In this document: positions 41,621 to 51,658 of the stretch, piece by piece
Position numbering within the stretch: position 1 is the stretch's first letter
Layout of the letters: each line of letters begins with the position of its first letter
Source: Candidatus Babeliales bacterium
Lineage (GTDB): Bacteria > Babelota > Babeliae > Babelales > JANWKD01
Assembly: GCA_963762115.1 (NCBI GenBank)
Contig: CAVXJH010000003.1
Coordinates: 448,001-512,000 of the forward strand
Reading direction: 5' to 3'
Length of the DNA stretch: 64,000 nucleotides
Notes under the pieces: model-generated
Told to the model about the DNA's origin: nothing
Seen by the model: only the letters and a program-made list of their open reading frames with translations
The model's database searches: none
Position numbers and translations under genes: made by a program

Positions 41621-44527
41621 CTAAAATGGATGCCCCAGGGTCAAAAACCAGGCAAAGGACGATTCCTCAGGAACACATTTCTTCCATTTCCAGCCAATAT
41701 CAAAGCGTAAAGGACCGACAGGAGTATAATACCTGAGACCAAAACCTGTTGCCACGAGCACATGACCTTCGAAAACCTGAGTTAATGATTTTTCAACCAA
41801 CATACCAACATCCTGGAAAAGAACGCCACCCAAACTCCACAATAAAGGAAATCTACATTCAACATTCCCATTAATCATCGATTTACCTCCTTGCGGCACC
41901 AGTTTTGGCTTTCCTTTTTTGCTAAAATAAAGCCCCAAGGGTGGGCCCTGGTTGGCCTCATAACTCCTAATCGAATTTTGCCCACCCAGATAAAATCGCT
42001 CTGGGGGCATAATCGTTGAGAATTCTTGATTAAAAATATGACCAAAACGAATACGAAACCCCAAAACAAAGGGCATAATGGGGAAAAATACTGACTGTTC
42101 ACACACAATTTTTACGAAATAAGGCACTTTTTTGTTCGTCGGCACCATAGCCTTACATGAAATTGCTGTCAATGAACCTTGTGTAGGATTAACTTGATTA
42201 TCAAGATAATCAATAACAACACTCGGTTCAGTGTATAAATAGGGAATTTTTTTATCGATTAAAGCAGGCTCAAAATTTATAGCCCGTGCTAAACGAATTG
42301 ATAAATGATTTGTTTCCATAACTTCCAAGCCACCCTGCAAACCCAAATCACAGTGCAACCAAGAACGACTTAATCCCAACAAAAATCCTTGTTGAATTGC
42401 TTGATAAAGAGGCTTGTCACTTCCTATAAAAACAGGTTGTATATATTTGTTACTATATCCTTTTACCACCGTTGTAATTGGTTGCGAAAAAAGCCACGGC
42501 CGTTGATAAACCATAGAAACATTACGATAGAAACGAGTAAAATCAGTATCAATACTAATACAATCACCCGCATTAAATGGATTACGATATAAAACAGAAC
42601 CACCAAGTTTATACGTGCTGCCACTCCGAAACGTTAAATTTCTGCTGACTTGTTGAAATCCTACTCTTGTCCTTATTTCAAAAGGATCATCTTCAACTAA
42701 TTTCAAAACAACATCTTGCTCATTTGTTTCATCTAAAAAACTATAAGGATATAAATGTATTTTTTCAAAAATTCCTAACCGACGCAAATTCTGCAATGAC
42801 TTCTCTAATTTTTCTTGAGACCATACATCACCTTGGCAAAACGCCAATTCACGTTTTACATTTTCGAAAGGAAATGTTGTACTTCCTTGCACTATAATTT
42901 TGCCAAATTTTACGATCCGCTGATCACCCGTCACGGTCCATAGCACATCAACATTATTTGCATCATCGCTTAATTCGGGTTTAATTTGTGCGTGTAACAT
43001 ACCCTGTTTATGATAATATTTCTGCAGCGCCTGTCGCTGTTCTTGTAAGGTGCGCATATCAAAAGGCATTAACGATGGTATATGATCAACCATAGCCAAA
43101 AGAATTTTATTATCTATAACAATATCCTGGGCAAATTTCATTGATCGAAGAAAACGTCGCCTGCCTTCTTTTATCGTAATGTGTATTTGTGCGGCATTAT
43201 TATCTTGCAAAATGCATTCTTGCTTCGTTATTTCTGCATCCCAAAAACCTTCCTTATGATACCAAGAGATAAGTTCATAACATGCTTGTTGCATCAAATC
43301 TTCATCAAGGTAACGCGCTTTAATACACGGTTTAAAAAATGAATTCATCAAAACAACATCCATCGTTGAACCTCGTAAAATCACATTTTTTAAGGTAATT
43401 CGAGGACCTTCTTTGATTAAAAAAAATTTTCTTTGTTGTTCATGCTTCACCTCTACCTCAACAAATCTGAAGCCTTTTTTTGCATACATGCGCACAATTT
43501 CTTCACTTATTAATGATTCTGGTAATAATTCTGCTGAGCGCCCAAATGCCAAAATCGTGTCCAAAAGTTGTTGATTGGTATAAAAAATGTTTCCAAAAAA
43601 TACAAAGTTTTTTTTATGCGATAATTGAATATCAAAATGTAAATCTACTTTACCAGTGGCATAATGAACCGTCTGTTTTAAGCTAATTTTTGCATTCAAA
43701 AATCCTTTTCTTGTTAAATAGGTATGTATGCTAGAAGTTTTTTGATTTAATAGTTCTTGGGAATAATAAACTCCCTGCAATAAAAAACGAAATCGTTCAA
43801 CTATTTTTTTTTGGAGCATCAATTTTTTTTTAGCATCCGCTTGATCATCCTGATGCAATGAAAAACTTACCGCATCAATAACAAAACGTTGTCCTTTATC
43901 AAACGTTAGCACCGTTGTTACTGTTTTTGTTTTTATATCAAACTCAAAATAATCTATAACATTCCCTTGCAAAAAACCTTCGGCTTTAAAAGCATCTTTA
44001 AATTTTTTTAGTGAATGTTTGTGTTTAGTATAATTAAAAATTTCTCCCGGCTCTAAGAGATAATAATAACGATAATTTTCAATGCCATGCAACATACCAC
44101 CTAACTTCAATGCACGAAAAGTCCACATGCCACGACATTCAAAAAAAAGATGTTTTTTCCCCTGTTCATCTTCACGCACTATGATATCAATTGAAGAAAA
44201 TTTATTCTTTTTTATCAGCAATGAACATGCTCTGGTCAAAGTTTCAGGCAAGACTAATGCTCCCGATTGCAACGCGACAAGATGCGTAAATTCATGAGGA
44301 TCAACATATACATCACTATGATATTCAACTGAATGCGCTATAAAGGGACAAGGAATCTTGGCCAATAATTCCTCATATGAAATCTCATCCTGCAAAAAAT
44401 CTATAGTCACTCTTGTTTTTTTCAAATCTTTACTATCAGCAAGAGATTTGAAAAAAACAAAACAAGACAGAAGCAATAAAACATGAAAAAAGCGTATTTT
44501 GTCAGTCACTCTAATCCTACCGCACAA
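41621..44527 (-). CDS. Omp85 (BamA/TamA-family) protein with POTRA domains
   Basis: POTRA-like repeats, ERFYLGGQNSIRSY, GFGLRYYTPVGPLRFDIG, terminal F. Confidence 0.9.
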   Translation of the reverse strand: MCGRIRVTDKIRFFHVLLLLSCFVFFKSLADSKDLKKTRVTIDFLQDEISYEELLAKIPCPFIAHSVEYHSDVYVDPHEFTHLVALQSGALVLPETLTRACSLLIKKNKFSSIDIIVREDEQGKKHLFFECRGMWTFRALKLGGMLHGIENYRYYYLLEPGEIFNYTKHKHSLKKFKDAFKAEGFLQGNVIDYFEFDIKTKTVTTVLTFDKGQRFVIDAVSFSLHQDDQADAKKKLMLQKKIVERFRFLLQGVYYSQELLNQKTSSIHTYLTRKGFLNAKISLKQTVHYATGKVDLHFDIQLSHKKNFVFFGNIFYTNQQLLDTILAFGRSAELLPESLISEEIVRMYAKKGFRFVEVEVKHEQQRKFFLIKEGPRITLKNVILRGSTMDVVLMNSFFKPCIKARYLDEDLMQQACYELISWYHKEGFWDAEITKQECILQDNNAAQIHITIKEGRRRFLRSMKFAQDIVIDNKILLAMVDHIPSLMPFDMRTLQEQRQALQKYYHKQGMLHAQIKPELSDDANNVDVLWTVTGDQRIVKFGKIIVQGSTTFPFENVKRELAFCQGDVWSQEKLEKSLQNLRRLGIFEKIHLYPYSFLDETNEQDVVLKLVEDDPFEIRTRVGFQQVSRNLTFRSGSTYKLGGSVLYRNPFNAGDCISIDTDFTRFYRNVSMVYQRPWLFSQPITTVVKGYSNKYIQPVFIGSDKPLYQAIQQGFLLGLSRSWLHCDLGLQGGLEVMETNHLSIRLARAINFEPALIDKKIPYLYTEPSVVIDYLDNQVNPTQGSLTAISCKAMVPTNKKVPYFVKIVCEQSVFFPIMPFVLGFRIRFGHIFNQEFSTIMPPERFYLGGQNSIRSYEANQGPPLGLYFSKKGKPKLVPQGGKSMINGNVECRFPLLWSLGGVLFQDVGMLVEKSLTQVFEGHVLVATGFGLRYYTPVGPLRFDIGWKWKKCVPEESSFAWFLTLGHPF

Positions 44528-44619
44528 GTACCAATTATGTAGGAGCTAGTTTACCATACATAATAAATTATGAGCAGAACACTGATTCAAAATACGCATA
44601 AATTTTTTTTTCCAAGAGT

Positions 44620-44904
44620 TCATTCAATAATTCTAAAAACACCCCTAAAATCACGATCTTTAATAAAAGGTTCTATTTCTGCTGGCGAAAGAGCTTTGTC
44701 AGCAATTTCTGCATGCAAATAATCAATAAAATCATCAATAGAATCTTTGGAACCACAAACAACAATCCTGAGATCTGCATGATCATCTTGATGCATTGTT
44801 TGCACCGTTCCCTCTAAATCTAATTCCTTTGCTTTTTCATGAATATTATGGAGCAACTTTTTTGGTAAAATTATTGAAAGAAAAATTCGAAGACACTGGA
44901 CCAT
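44620..44904 (-). CDS. Acylphosphatase-like protein with degenerate active site
   Basis: AKELDLEGTV, IVVCG, FRII pattern; GGAG RBS. Confidence 0.65.
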   Translation of the reverse strand: MVQCLRIFLSIILPKKLLHNIHEKAKELDLEGTVQTMHQDDHADLRIVVCGSKDSIDDFIDYLHAEIADKALSPAEIEPFIKDRDFRGVFRIIE

Positions 44905-45099
44905 TACTATTCTCCTTTTTTTACTAGGGCCATTATACTCTCAGCAAGAAGCTAACAAATCAGTTTTCATAATGTCAAAAACTTCAAACAATCATTTTTT
45001 GCTGGACTGTCGAATATGCAGAAAGTACACTATACATAAAAATGTACAACATTTTAGAACATTCTAAACAAAACAATTTCTTCTCTTTAAGGATCAACC

Positions 45100-46545
45100 A
45101 TGAGTAAAGACTCCTCAATTCGCGTCAGATTTGCTCCCTCGCCAACAGGAATTATGCACCTAGGTAACGTTCGCACCGCCTTATTAAATTACCTTTTTGC
45201 ACGTCAAAAAAATGGCAGCTGCATTTTGCGCATTGAAGATACCGATCCTGATAGAAATTTTGATCCTAATGCCGTTCGCTTGCAGGATGATCTTGCATGG
45301 CTTGGTTTTTCTTTCGATGAAGGTCCTCAAGGTGGTCCTCATACTCCTTACTTTCAATCACAAAGATCTGATTTGTATCAAAAGCAGTTAGAAATTTTAC
45401 AAGCAAAAAATACGGTATATCGTTGCTTTTGTTCTGCACAAGAACTTGAACGCAAACGTGAACGTGCATTAGCTTTACACACGGCACCACGTTATGATCG
45501 AACCTGTTTGCATTTATCCGAAAGTGCCATTGAAGAACAATTAACAAAGGGTACCCCTTACATTTGGCGATTCAAAATCCCCGATGACCACACTGTTGAA
45601 GTCAATGATCTTGCTCATGGCATTATTAAATTTGATTTAAATCATTTTTCAGACTTTCCCGTAAGTCGCTCTGATGGATCATTTACCTTTTTGTTTGCCA
45701 ATTGTGTTGATGACATGCTTATGAATATTACCTATGTTCTGCGCGGCGAAGATCATCTTTCAAATACTGCCAACCAAGTTTTATTATTTGCTACTTTCGG
45801 CAAAAAAGCGCCGATGTTTTGGCATTTACCCATTCTTTGTAACATTGATGGTAAAAAATTATCAAAACGTGATTTCGGTTTTGCCTTAGCAGATTTAAGA
45901 AATGAAGGTTTTTTGCCCGAAGCAATTATCAATTATTTAGCAATACTTGGCGGTTCATTCACCCAAGAAATTATGGATGTACCTACCCTTATTAAAACAT
46001 TAAATTTTGATGCAATAAAACCAACACGAAACATAAAATATGATGTAGAAAAATTGCGCTGGATTAACCAAAGTTGGATTCAACGTTATGAAATTTCTGC
46101 CCTATTAGATTTGGTAAAACCAATTATTTTCAAAGCCTATCCTCAATTAGAAGAATGTACCCATGATGTTCTCTTAAATTTGTTACAAGCCGTAAAATCA
46201 GAATTGGTTACCTTGTATGATATAGTGCCAGCATTACATTTTTATTGCGTTGAACCTACGGTAACTCATGATACAATCAGTGAGCACCTTCCTGCAGAAT
46301 TACAAGAACAATTTTTTGCTTTGCTCAAAAAACATTTACCATTACTCAGCAATCATGAAACATTTCTTGCAACAACAAAAAAAGATGCACAAACACTTGG
46401 TGTTAATGCTAAGGCCTTTTTTACGATAATGCGTATTATTATTTCAGGATCAATAAAAGGACCTGCACTAAAAGACATTATCACCTTGCTGGGTGAAGAA
46501 AAAACCGCACAAAGAATTATGAAAATTGCTGAATACAATAAATAA
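45100..46545 (+). CDS. gltX: Glutamate--tRNA ligase
   Basis: RVRFAPSPTG, HLGN, LRIEDTD, RGEDHLSNT, KLSKR. Confidence 0.97.
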   Translation: MSKDSSIRVRFAPSPTGIMHLGNVRTALLNYLFARQKNGSCILRIEDTDPDRNFDPNAVRLQDDLAWLGFSFDEGPQGGPHTPYFQSQRSDLYQKQLEILQAKNTVYRCFCSAQELERKRERALALHTAPRYDRTCLHLSESAIEEQLTKGTPYIWRFKIPDDHTVEVNDLAHGIIKFDLNHFSDFPVSRSDGSFTFLFANCVDDMLMNITYVLRGEDHLSNTANQVLLFATFGKKAPMFWHLPILCNIDGKKLSKRDFGFALADLRNEGFLPEAIINYLAILGGSFTQEIMDVPTLIKTLNFDAIKPTRNIKYDVEKLRWINQSWIQRYEISALLDLVKPIIFKAYPQLEECTHDVLLNLLQAVKSELVTLYDIVPALHFYCVEPTVTHDTISEHLPAELQEQFFALLKKHLPLLSNHETFLATTKKDAQTLGVNAKAFFTIMRIIISGSIKGPALKDIITLLGEEKTAQRIMKIAEYNK

Positions 46546-46555
46546 GAAAAATCAT

Positions 46556-47296
46556 ATGAAAAAACACAGCTTGTTATTAACACTCATGGTTATTAATCTC
46601 CTCAATGGCATGGAAGGAAAAAAAAGAAACCGTACTACGTATGAAAATGATAATAAAAAGAACATTGTAAGAAAAAATCCATCACGGGCGTGTAAAAAAG
46701 AGAAAATTGTATGGAGCTCTGATGAAGAACAAGAAGATACATTCGATTCCAATCAAAAATATAGCGATTTAGATAAAAGTGCTTTTTCAGACTCTCCTCA
46801 TTATTCAAATGCAAAACAAAAAGAAATAATCCCAAAAATCACCGAAGATGGAAATTTTCTTATCTGTGCCTGTGGCTATCTCACCACTAAAAAACGCATG
46901 GATTTAATAGATATGCACTTAAAAACTCCACATACAGCAAAACGAAAGTGTAATCGAGGTACCTGTAAAGAAATATTCATATCTATTGGCGCTTTAACGC
47001 AACACCGGCAAAAGATGCATCCAGCCACAACAAATGACAATAGCCTTGCATGTTCATTATGTAAATTCAAAACAAAAAATCCTCAATCGCTCAAGAACCA
47101 TGAGAAAAAACCCCATGACTTAGATATAATATGTGCAACATGCGATAAACATTTTATATCTAAGGGCGCTAAAAGACAGCATGCAATACAAAAGAAACAT
47201 TATGGCAATTTACATGAATGTTCATGCGGGTATGAAACAGCGAGTAGCAAAGCCATGAAAAAACATAAAAAGCGCTATAAGAACCATTCATCTTAA
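46556..47296 (+). CDS. Exported protein with five C2H2-type zinc fingers and NLS-like basic clusters
   Basis: Signal peptide from ATG 46556; KKRNR; five Cx1-4C...Hx3-6H units. Confidence 0.8.
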   Translation: MKKHSLLLTLMVINLLNGMEGKKRNRTTYENDNKKNIVRKNPSRACKKEKIVWSSDEEQEDTFDSNQKYSDLDKSAFSDSPHYSNAKQKEIIPKITEDGNFLICACGYLTTKKRMDLIDMHLKTPHTAKRKCNRGTCKEIFISIGALTQHRQKMHPATTNDNSLACSLCKFKTKNPQSLKNHEKKPHDLDIICATCDKHFISKGAKRQHAIQKKHYGNLHECSCGYETASSKAMKKHKKRYKNHSS

Positions 47297-47544
47297 AAGA
47301 TTTCACCATTTTGTAATCGATTAGGGAGTTGTACAAAATCAGTAACAATTCCTTCTTTTTTAAAATAGTCTACAAGAGTTAAAAAGTGCGTTTCGAGAGA
47401 TTTGGGCACAAAAAATTCAAAACGAGAACTGCTTTTTTCCAAAGTACGGTCAAATGCTAAATGTTCATAGCTGCGTAAAACAGCAACTAAAAACCAGGCA
47501 TCTGATTTGCGAATGGTTGCTTGATAATAATTACAATAGGGCAT
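47293..47544 (-). CDS. Small conserved protein (DUF4911-like)
   Basis: LRSYEHLAFDRT motif. Confidence 0.55.
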   Translation of the reverse strand: MPYCNYYQATIRKSDAWFLVAVLRSYEHLAFDRTLEKSSSRFEFFVPKSLETHFLTLVDYFKKEGIVTDFVQLPNRLQNGEIF

Positions 47545-47638
47545 ATACTTTTTTTTTATGATAATTTGATGGTTACATTTTGTTTAAACTCTTTATCATT
47601 CTACTATTTTTTATTTTTTTTCATATATTTAGGAAAGT

Positions 47639-48844
47639 ATGGCTACTCATTCAACAAAAACTATTGGGGTTATTACAGCAACTATCGTCGGCATGAATGC
47701 AATGATAGGCGCAGGAATATTTAGTGTTCCCGCAGCACTTGGTGCTTATGTTGGCCCAGCAGGTCTTTTAACCTATGCTTTTGTTATCCTTGCCGTTTGG
47801 TTTATGGGAAGTTCAATGGCGCGTCTTGCGCAAATGTATCCAGAAGAAGGATCATTCTATACGTATGCTTATCAATGGGGTGGTCACACTGCCGGACTTT
47901 TAGCTGCCGGTGCTTATCTTGTTGGTCTTATTATTGCCATGGGACTTTTAATACAAATTACCGGTGATTATTTGCATGTTACCTTTCCTCAACTATCACC
48001 ATTTATATTAAGTGTTATTGCTTTACTCTTATTAATTATTCTTAACAGCGTTGGCGTTAGCCTCTCGCAAGCTGGCCAGATGATATTAATTTGTTGCACC
48101 GTGTTACCAATATTACTCACCACTATTATGTGCTTATTAAAGGGAAATAGTGCAAATTTTTCACCCTTTATGCCTTATGGGTGGACAAATGTTTTTACCG
48201 CAAGCAAGCAAGTTATTTTTGGTTTTTTTGGCTTTGAATGTGCAGCATCTTTATTTAAAGTCGTTGAGAACCCAAAAAAAAATGTTCCTCGTGCTCTTAT
48301 GTATGCTATAGCTTTAGTTGGCACTTTATACATGTTGTTTGTCGGCTCAATCATTTTTGCCGTACCTTTAGCATATTTTACCGACCCAAAAATTCCTTTA
48401 TCACAAATTTTGGGAATAATTTTTCCAGACAACCCTTGGCTATTGAAAGTAATTCACTTTTCAATTCTTTCAGCAATACTGGGAACCGTACATTCGATGA
48501 TATGGTCATCAAGTGAATTATTAGTTGCCTATTTAACAAAATTCAAAAATAAATCATTGCAACAGCTGATCAAGACAAATGCAATTAATCAACGAATTGG
48601 CGTTATAATCATTGGTACCTGCATTTTCATTACCTTTGCAACAGTAAAAAGCATGAATCTCTTTTTTAGCTTTACTGATACTTTTATTGTTTTTGCTTTC
48701 ATTATGTCCATGATTACTTTACTCAAAAACAAAGAATCTTGGTTCTCCGCACAAACAATAAAAACAGTAGCAGGCCTCGTAACCGCTTGCATTATTTTTT
48801 ATATTGCAACTAAAGGGGTTTTTATAGAATTAGGAATTTTGTAA
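47639..48844 (+). CDS. APC-family amino acid permease
   Basis: MIGAGIFSVP, EEGSFYTY, FGFFGFE, NPKKNVPRA; about 11-12 TMs. Confidence 0.92.
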   Translation: MATHSTKTIGVITATIVGMNAMIGAGIFSVPAALGAYVGPAGLLTYAFVILAVWFMGSSMARLAQMYPEEGSFYTYAYQWGGHTAGLLAAGAYLVGLIIAMGLLIQITGDYLHVTFPQLSPFILSVIALLLLIILNSVGVSLSQAGQMILICCTVLPILLTTIMCLLKGNSANFSPFMPYGWTNVFTASKQVIFGFFGFECAASLFKVVENPKKNVPRALMYAIALVGTLYMLFVGSIIFAVPLAYFTDPKIPLSQILGIIFPDNPWLLKVIHFSILSAILGTVHSMIWSSSELLVAYLTKFKNKSLQQLIKTNAINQRIGVIIIGTCIFITFATVKSMNLFFSFTDTFIVFAFIMSMITLLKNKESWFSAQTIKTVAGLVTACIIFYIATKGVFIELGIL

Positions 48845-48853
48845 AATCCCTGA

Positions 48854-48883
48854 TTGACGTATCAGTGATAAAGATGCTATAAG
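48854..48883 (+). promoter_or_regulatory. Putative sigma70 promoter with extended -10
   Basis: TTGACG-N18-TATAAG with TG preceding the -10. Confidence 0.45.
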
Positions 48884-48914
48884 ATATCAAAATTGCTATC
48901 AAGAAAGGAAAGTA

Positions 48915-50537
48915 ATGACGCGGTCAATAAAGGTATTTCTTATTGTCATCCTTACATACATATTCTTACCACAAGTAACCTATGGTATTAGTATGCTCAC
49001 CAAAAATGATCCCTATCCCATGTATAGTACGGTGTATGATCCCTATTTAACAACATGGACCCAAGAATGGTTTAAAGGTTTCAATGATGAATGCTATAAC
49101 TATGAAGGTTTTGCATTTTCAATAACACCATTCACCCAGAAAGCAAGCACTGGCAGAAATTTTGAACATCAACGCAGATTATTAGGTGACTTGCAAGGAT
49201 ATTGGAACATGCTCGGCATGCTTTATGGTCCCGATAACGTCGGTGCCACAAGTTCTGTGCCGCCAACAGCAACAAATATTACTTCATTAGTTAATACGCA
49301 GTTAGGTTTTGCAAAGCAAACTATTTTCGCAGATTTTTTTGGTGCAGGCCAACCAGCAGGTAATCCTAATACTGTTTTTTCTGAAGCAAATTCCGCAACA
49401 GCGCCTTTTATCCTCACTGATAACACTGAACAAATTGGTTTTTTTTCAGTACCAATTAAATATCGCAAAGTGGGCGTTAGAGCAGAATTTCAAGCACAAC
49501 TGTTTTGTGATTTTGGTGTTACCCTACAAATTGGTGTGAGTGAAATCAGACAAACATTCACCGGATTAGTAAACAGGGCAGCAAATCTTCCTGCAAGTAC
49601 CGGTGGCGACACAAGCGCAGGAAGTTGTCCTTTTGTTGCTTGTTGCCCAACACCTGATAGCGCCGGCCTTCTCGTTGTTCAGTCTTTTCCAAATAACTTT
49701 TGTAGAAATATTCCTCTCTTGGAAAATGGCACCTATGCCCTTTGCACTCCAGCATTACCAAATGTGGATACTTGCACAACGCCACTTACACAAATTCAAG
49801 CAGAACTCATGCAACAAGATAAAGCTGAACTCATTTTCAGACAACTCGGCCTGAAAACGTGCAATTTCGAAGAAACATCATTTGAAGATGTTCGTGTTAT
49901 TGCTTGGTGGCGGCATATTTATGATATCAATCACGATCGTTATTGTTGGCCAGAATTTTTACTCATACCCGCTGCAAGCTTTAACATCATCATCCCATCA
50001 GCGAAAAAACAAAACCGCAATCTCATACAAGCACTGCCATTTGGCAACGATGGTCACTTCTCATTTGGTTTTGATGCAGGACTTGCGCTCGACTTTGTTG
50101 AAACTATTGAGGTCGCCTTCAACGGTGGCTTAAACTATTTTAGCCCAAAAAACAAACACAACTATCGCCTTCCCACTGATACTGAACAAAGTGGCATTTT
50201 CCCCTATGCAACGAATGTTAGAGTTAAACCGGGTCTCAATTTTAACTTTAATGCAACGTTTAATGCGTATCATTTTTATGATCGCTTCACTGCTTACGCT
50301 GAATGGGTTTATGTCAAACATGAAGCGGATACAATCACTCTTAAAGTTGCTGATCCAACATTTTTACCCGACATTGCTGCATGTTTGACTAAATTTATGT
50401 CACAATTTGTTAATGCGGCCATTAATTATGATATTTCACCAAATATCACGATAGGGCTCATGGGGCAATTTCCCGTTGCACAGCGAAATGCCTATCGTTC
50501 AACAACGTATTTGGGGACCTTTAGAGCAGTGTTTTAA
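48915..50537 (+). CDS. Cys-rich putative outer-membrane beta-barrel protein, distant relative of 28297 and 30725
   Basis: Signal peptide; PSAK..GNDGHFS parallels PTAK..GNNRHFE; C-terminal YLGTFRAVF. Confidence 0.65.
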   Translation: MTRSIKVFLIVILTYIFLPQVTYGISMLTKNDPYPMYSTVYDPYLTTWTQEWFKGFNDECYNYEGFAFSITPFTQKASTGRNFEHQRRLLGDLQGYWNMLGMLYGPDNVGATSSVPPTATNITSLVNTQLGFAKQTIFADFFGAGQPAGNPNTVFSEANSATAPFILTDNTEQIGFFSVPIKYRKVGVRAEFQAQLFCDFGVTLQIGVSEIRQTFTGLVNRAANLPASTGGDTSAGSCPFVACCPTPDSAGLLVVQSFPNNFCRNIPLLENGTYALCTPALPNVDTCTTPLTQIQAELMQQDKAELIFRQLGLKTCNFEETSFEDVRVIAWWRHIYDINHDRYCWPEFLLIPAASFNIIIPSAKKQNRNLIQALPFGNDGHFSFGFDAGLALDFVETIEVAFNGGLNYFSPKNKHNYRLPTDTEQSGIFPYATNVRVKPGLNFNFNATFNAYHFYDRFTAYAEWVYVKHEADTITLKVADPTFLPDIAACLTKFMSQFVNAAINYDISPNITIGLMGQFPVAQRNAYRSTTYLGTFRAVF

Positions 50538-50609
50538 ATAGCCGCCTTCATATACTTTTTGACAAAAGGTACTAAAAACTACATTCTTTTTGATAAACAC
50601 TAGTACGTT

Positions 50610-51180
50610 TATTTCGTATGACAGAAAACCCCAGGGTTTTAAACCTGGGGATGAATGTCATCAAATGCGCGAGCGAAGCAAAAATGTAAATTTTTGCGAA
50701 GTGAGGTTAGTTTTGTCATACTAATTGACATGACAAAGAAATATTGGCACGGAGCGCATACAACTCATAGGCATATGTATCATATAGTTTGGTTACCTAA
50801 ATATAGAAAAAAAGTATTAGAAGGCAAAGTTAAGAGCAGGTTAGAAGAACTTTTGCGAGAATGTGCGGAAATTAATGCATGGGAAATTCAAGAACTAAAT
50901 ATTCAGATAGACCATGTGCATCTTGTAATACAATTACCACCAAGTGTGAGTGTGAGCAAGGCCGTTCAATTACTCAAGGGAATTTCAAGTAAAATGCTCA
51001 GAGCTGAATTACCTGAAATAAAGAAATTTTTGTGGGGTAACGATTTTTGGGCAGATGGATATTTCTCTGAAACATTTGGACAATGTTCAGAAGAGACAAT
51101 TCTCAATTATGTTAGAAATCAATAAAAAGCTTTCATCTCGTGCTTCTAAATCCACGGCTTTTAAGCCGTGTGTTGTTTAA
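50610..51180 (+). mobile_element. IS200/IS605-family element with tnpA only; ends approximate
   Basis: Subterminal hairpins CCCCAGG..CCTGGGG (50629-50650) and CACGGCTT..AAGCCGTG (51153-51170) flanking tnpA. Confidence 0.88.
50730..51125 (+). CDS. tnpA: Y1 HUH transposase
   Basis: YHIVWLPKYR, DHVHL (HUH), LKGISS, FWADGYF, YVRNQ. Confidence 0.95.
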   Translation: MTKKYWHGAHTTHRHMYHIVWLPKYRKKVLEGKVKSRLEELLRECAEINAWEIQELNIQIDHVHLVIQLPPSVSVSKAVQLLKGISSKMLRAELPEIKKFLWGNDFWADGYFSETFGQCSEETILNYVRNQ

Positions 51181-51195
51181 TAAAAAGAGTTTTAT

Positions 51196-51555
51196 ATGCA
51201 AAAAAAATTTCTAAAATATGTTTTAGCTGCAAGCATCGTAACATCTCCCATAATCACACCAACGAAATCTTTTAACGGAGAAGATGTTGGTTATGCAGCT
51301 TTTGGTGGCTTAGTTATTGGTACAATTATTAGCTGGGCCAGCACTTATCTTTATCTCAACAAGCGCTGTGAAAAAAAAATGACAGAAAACGACAAAAAAC
51401 ATCAAGCAACTCTTGACGAATTTAATGCCCGCATTGATAAGTTGAAGAAAAAATTGGCAGCAAAAAAAGAAGAAAATAATACTCGAACTCAAAAAATTAC
51501 ACCCGACAATAAAATGCACAATCTCCAATTTTACCATAAAATACAGCCAATTTAG
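51196..51555 (+). CDS. Hypothetical exported protein, TM plus coiled coil
   Basis: Signal-like N-terminus, one TM, charged helical tail. Confidence 0.65.
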   Translation: MQKKFLKYVLAASIVTSPIITPTKSFNGEDVGYAAFGGLVIGTIISWASTYLYLNKRCEKKMTENDKKHQATLDEFNARIDKLKKKLAAKKEENNTRTQKITPDNKMHNLQFYHKIQPI

Positions 51556-51658
51556 TCACATTAAAAAAATACTATTTTGACAATAATCATTAAATCTTTA
51601 TATTTTACCGAAATAATATTTAAATTTTTAACACAAATAATTACAAGAGGAATCATCC

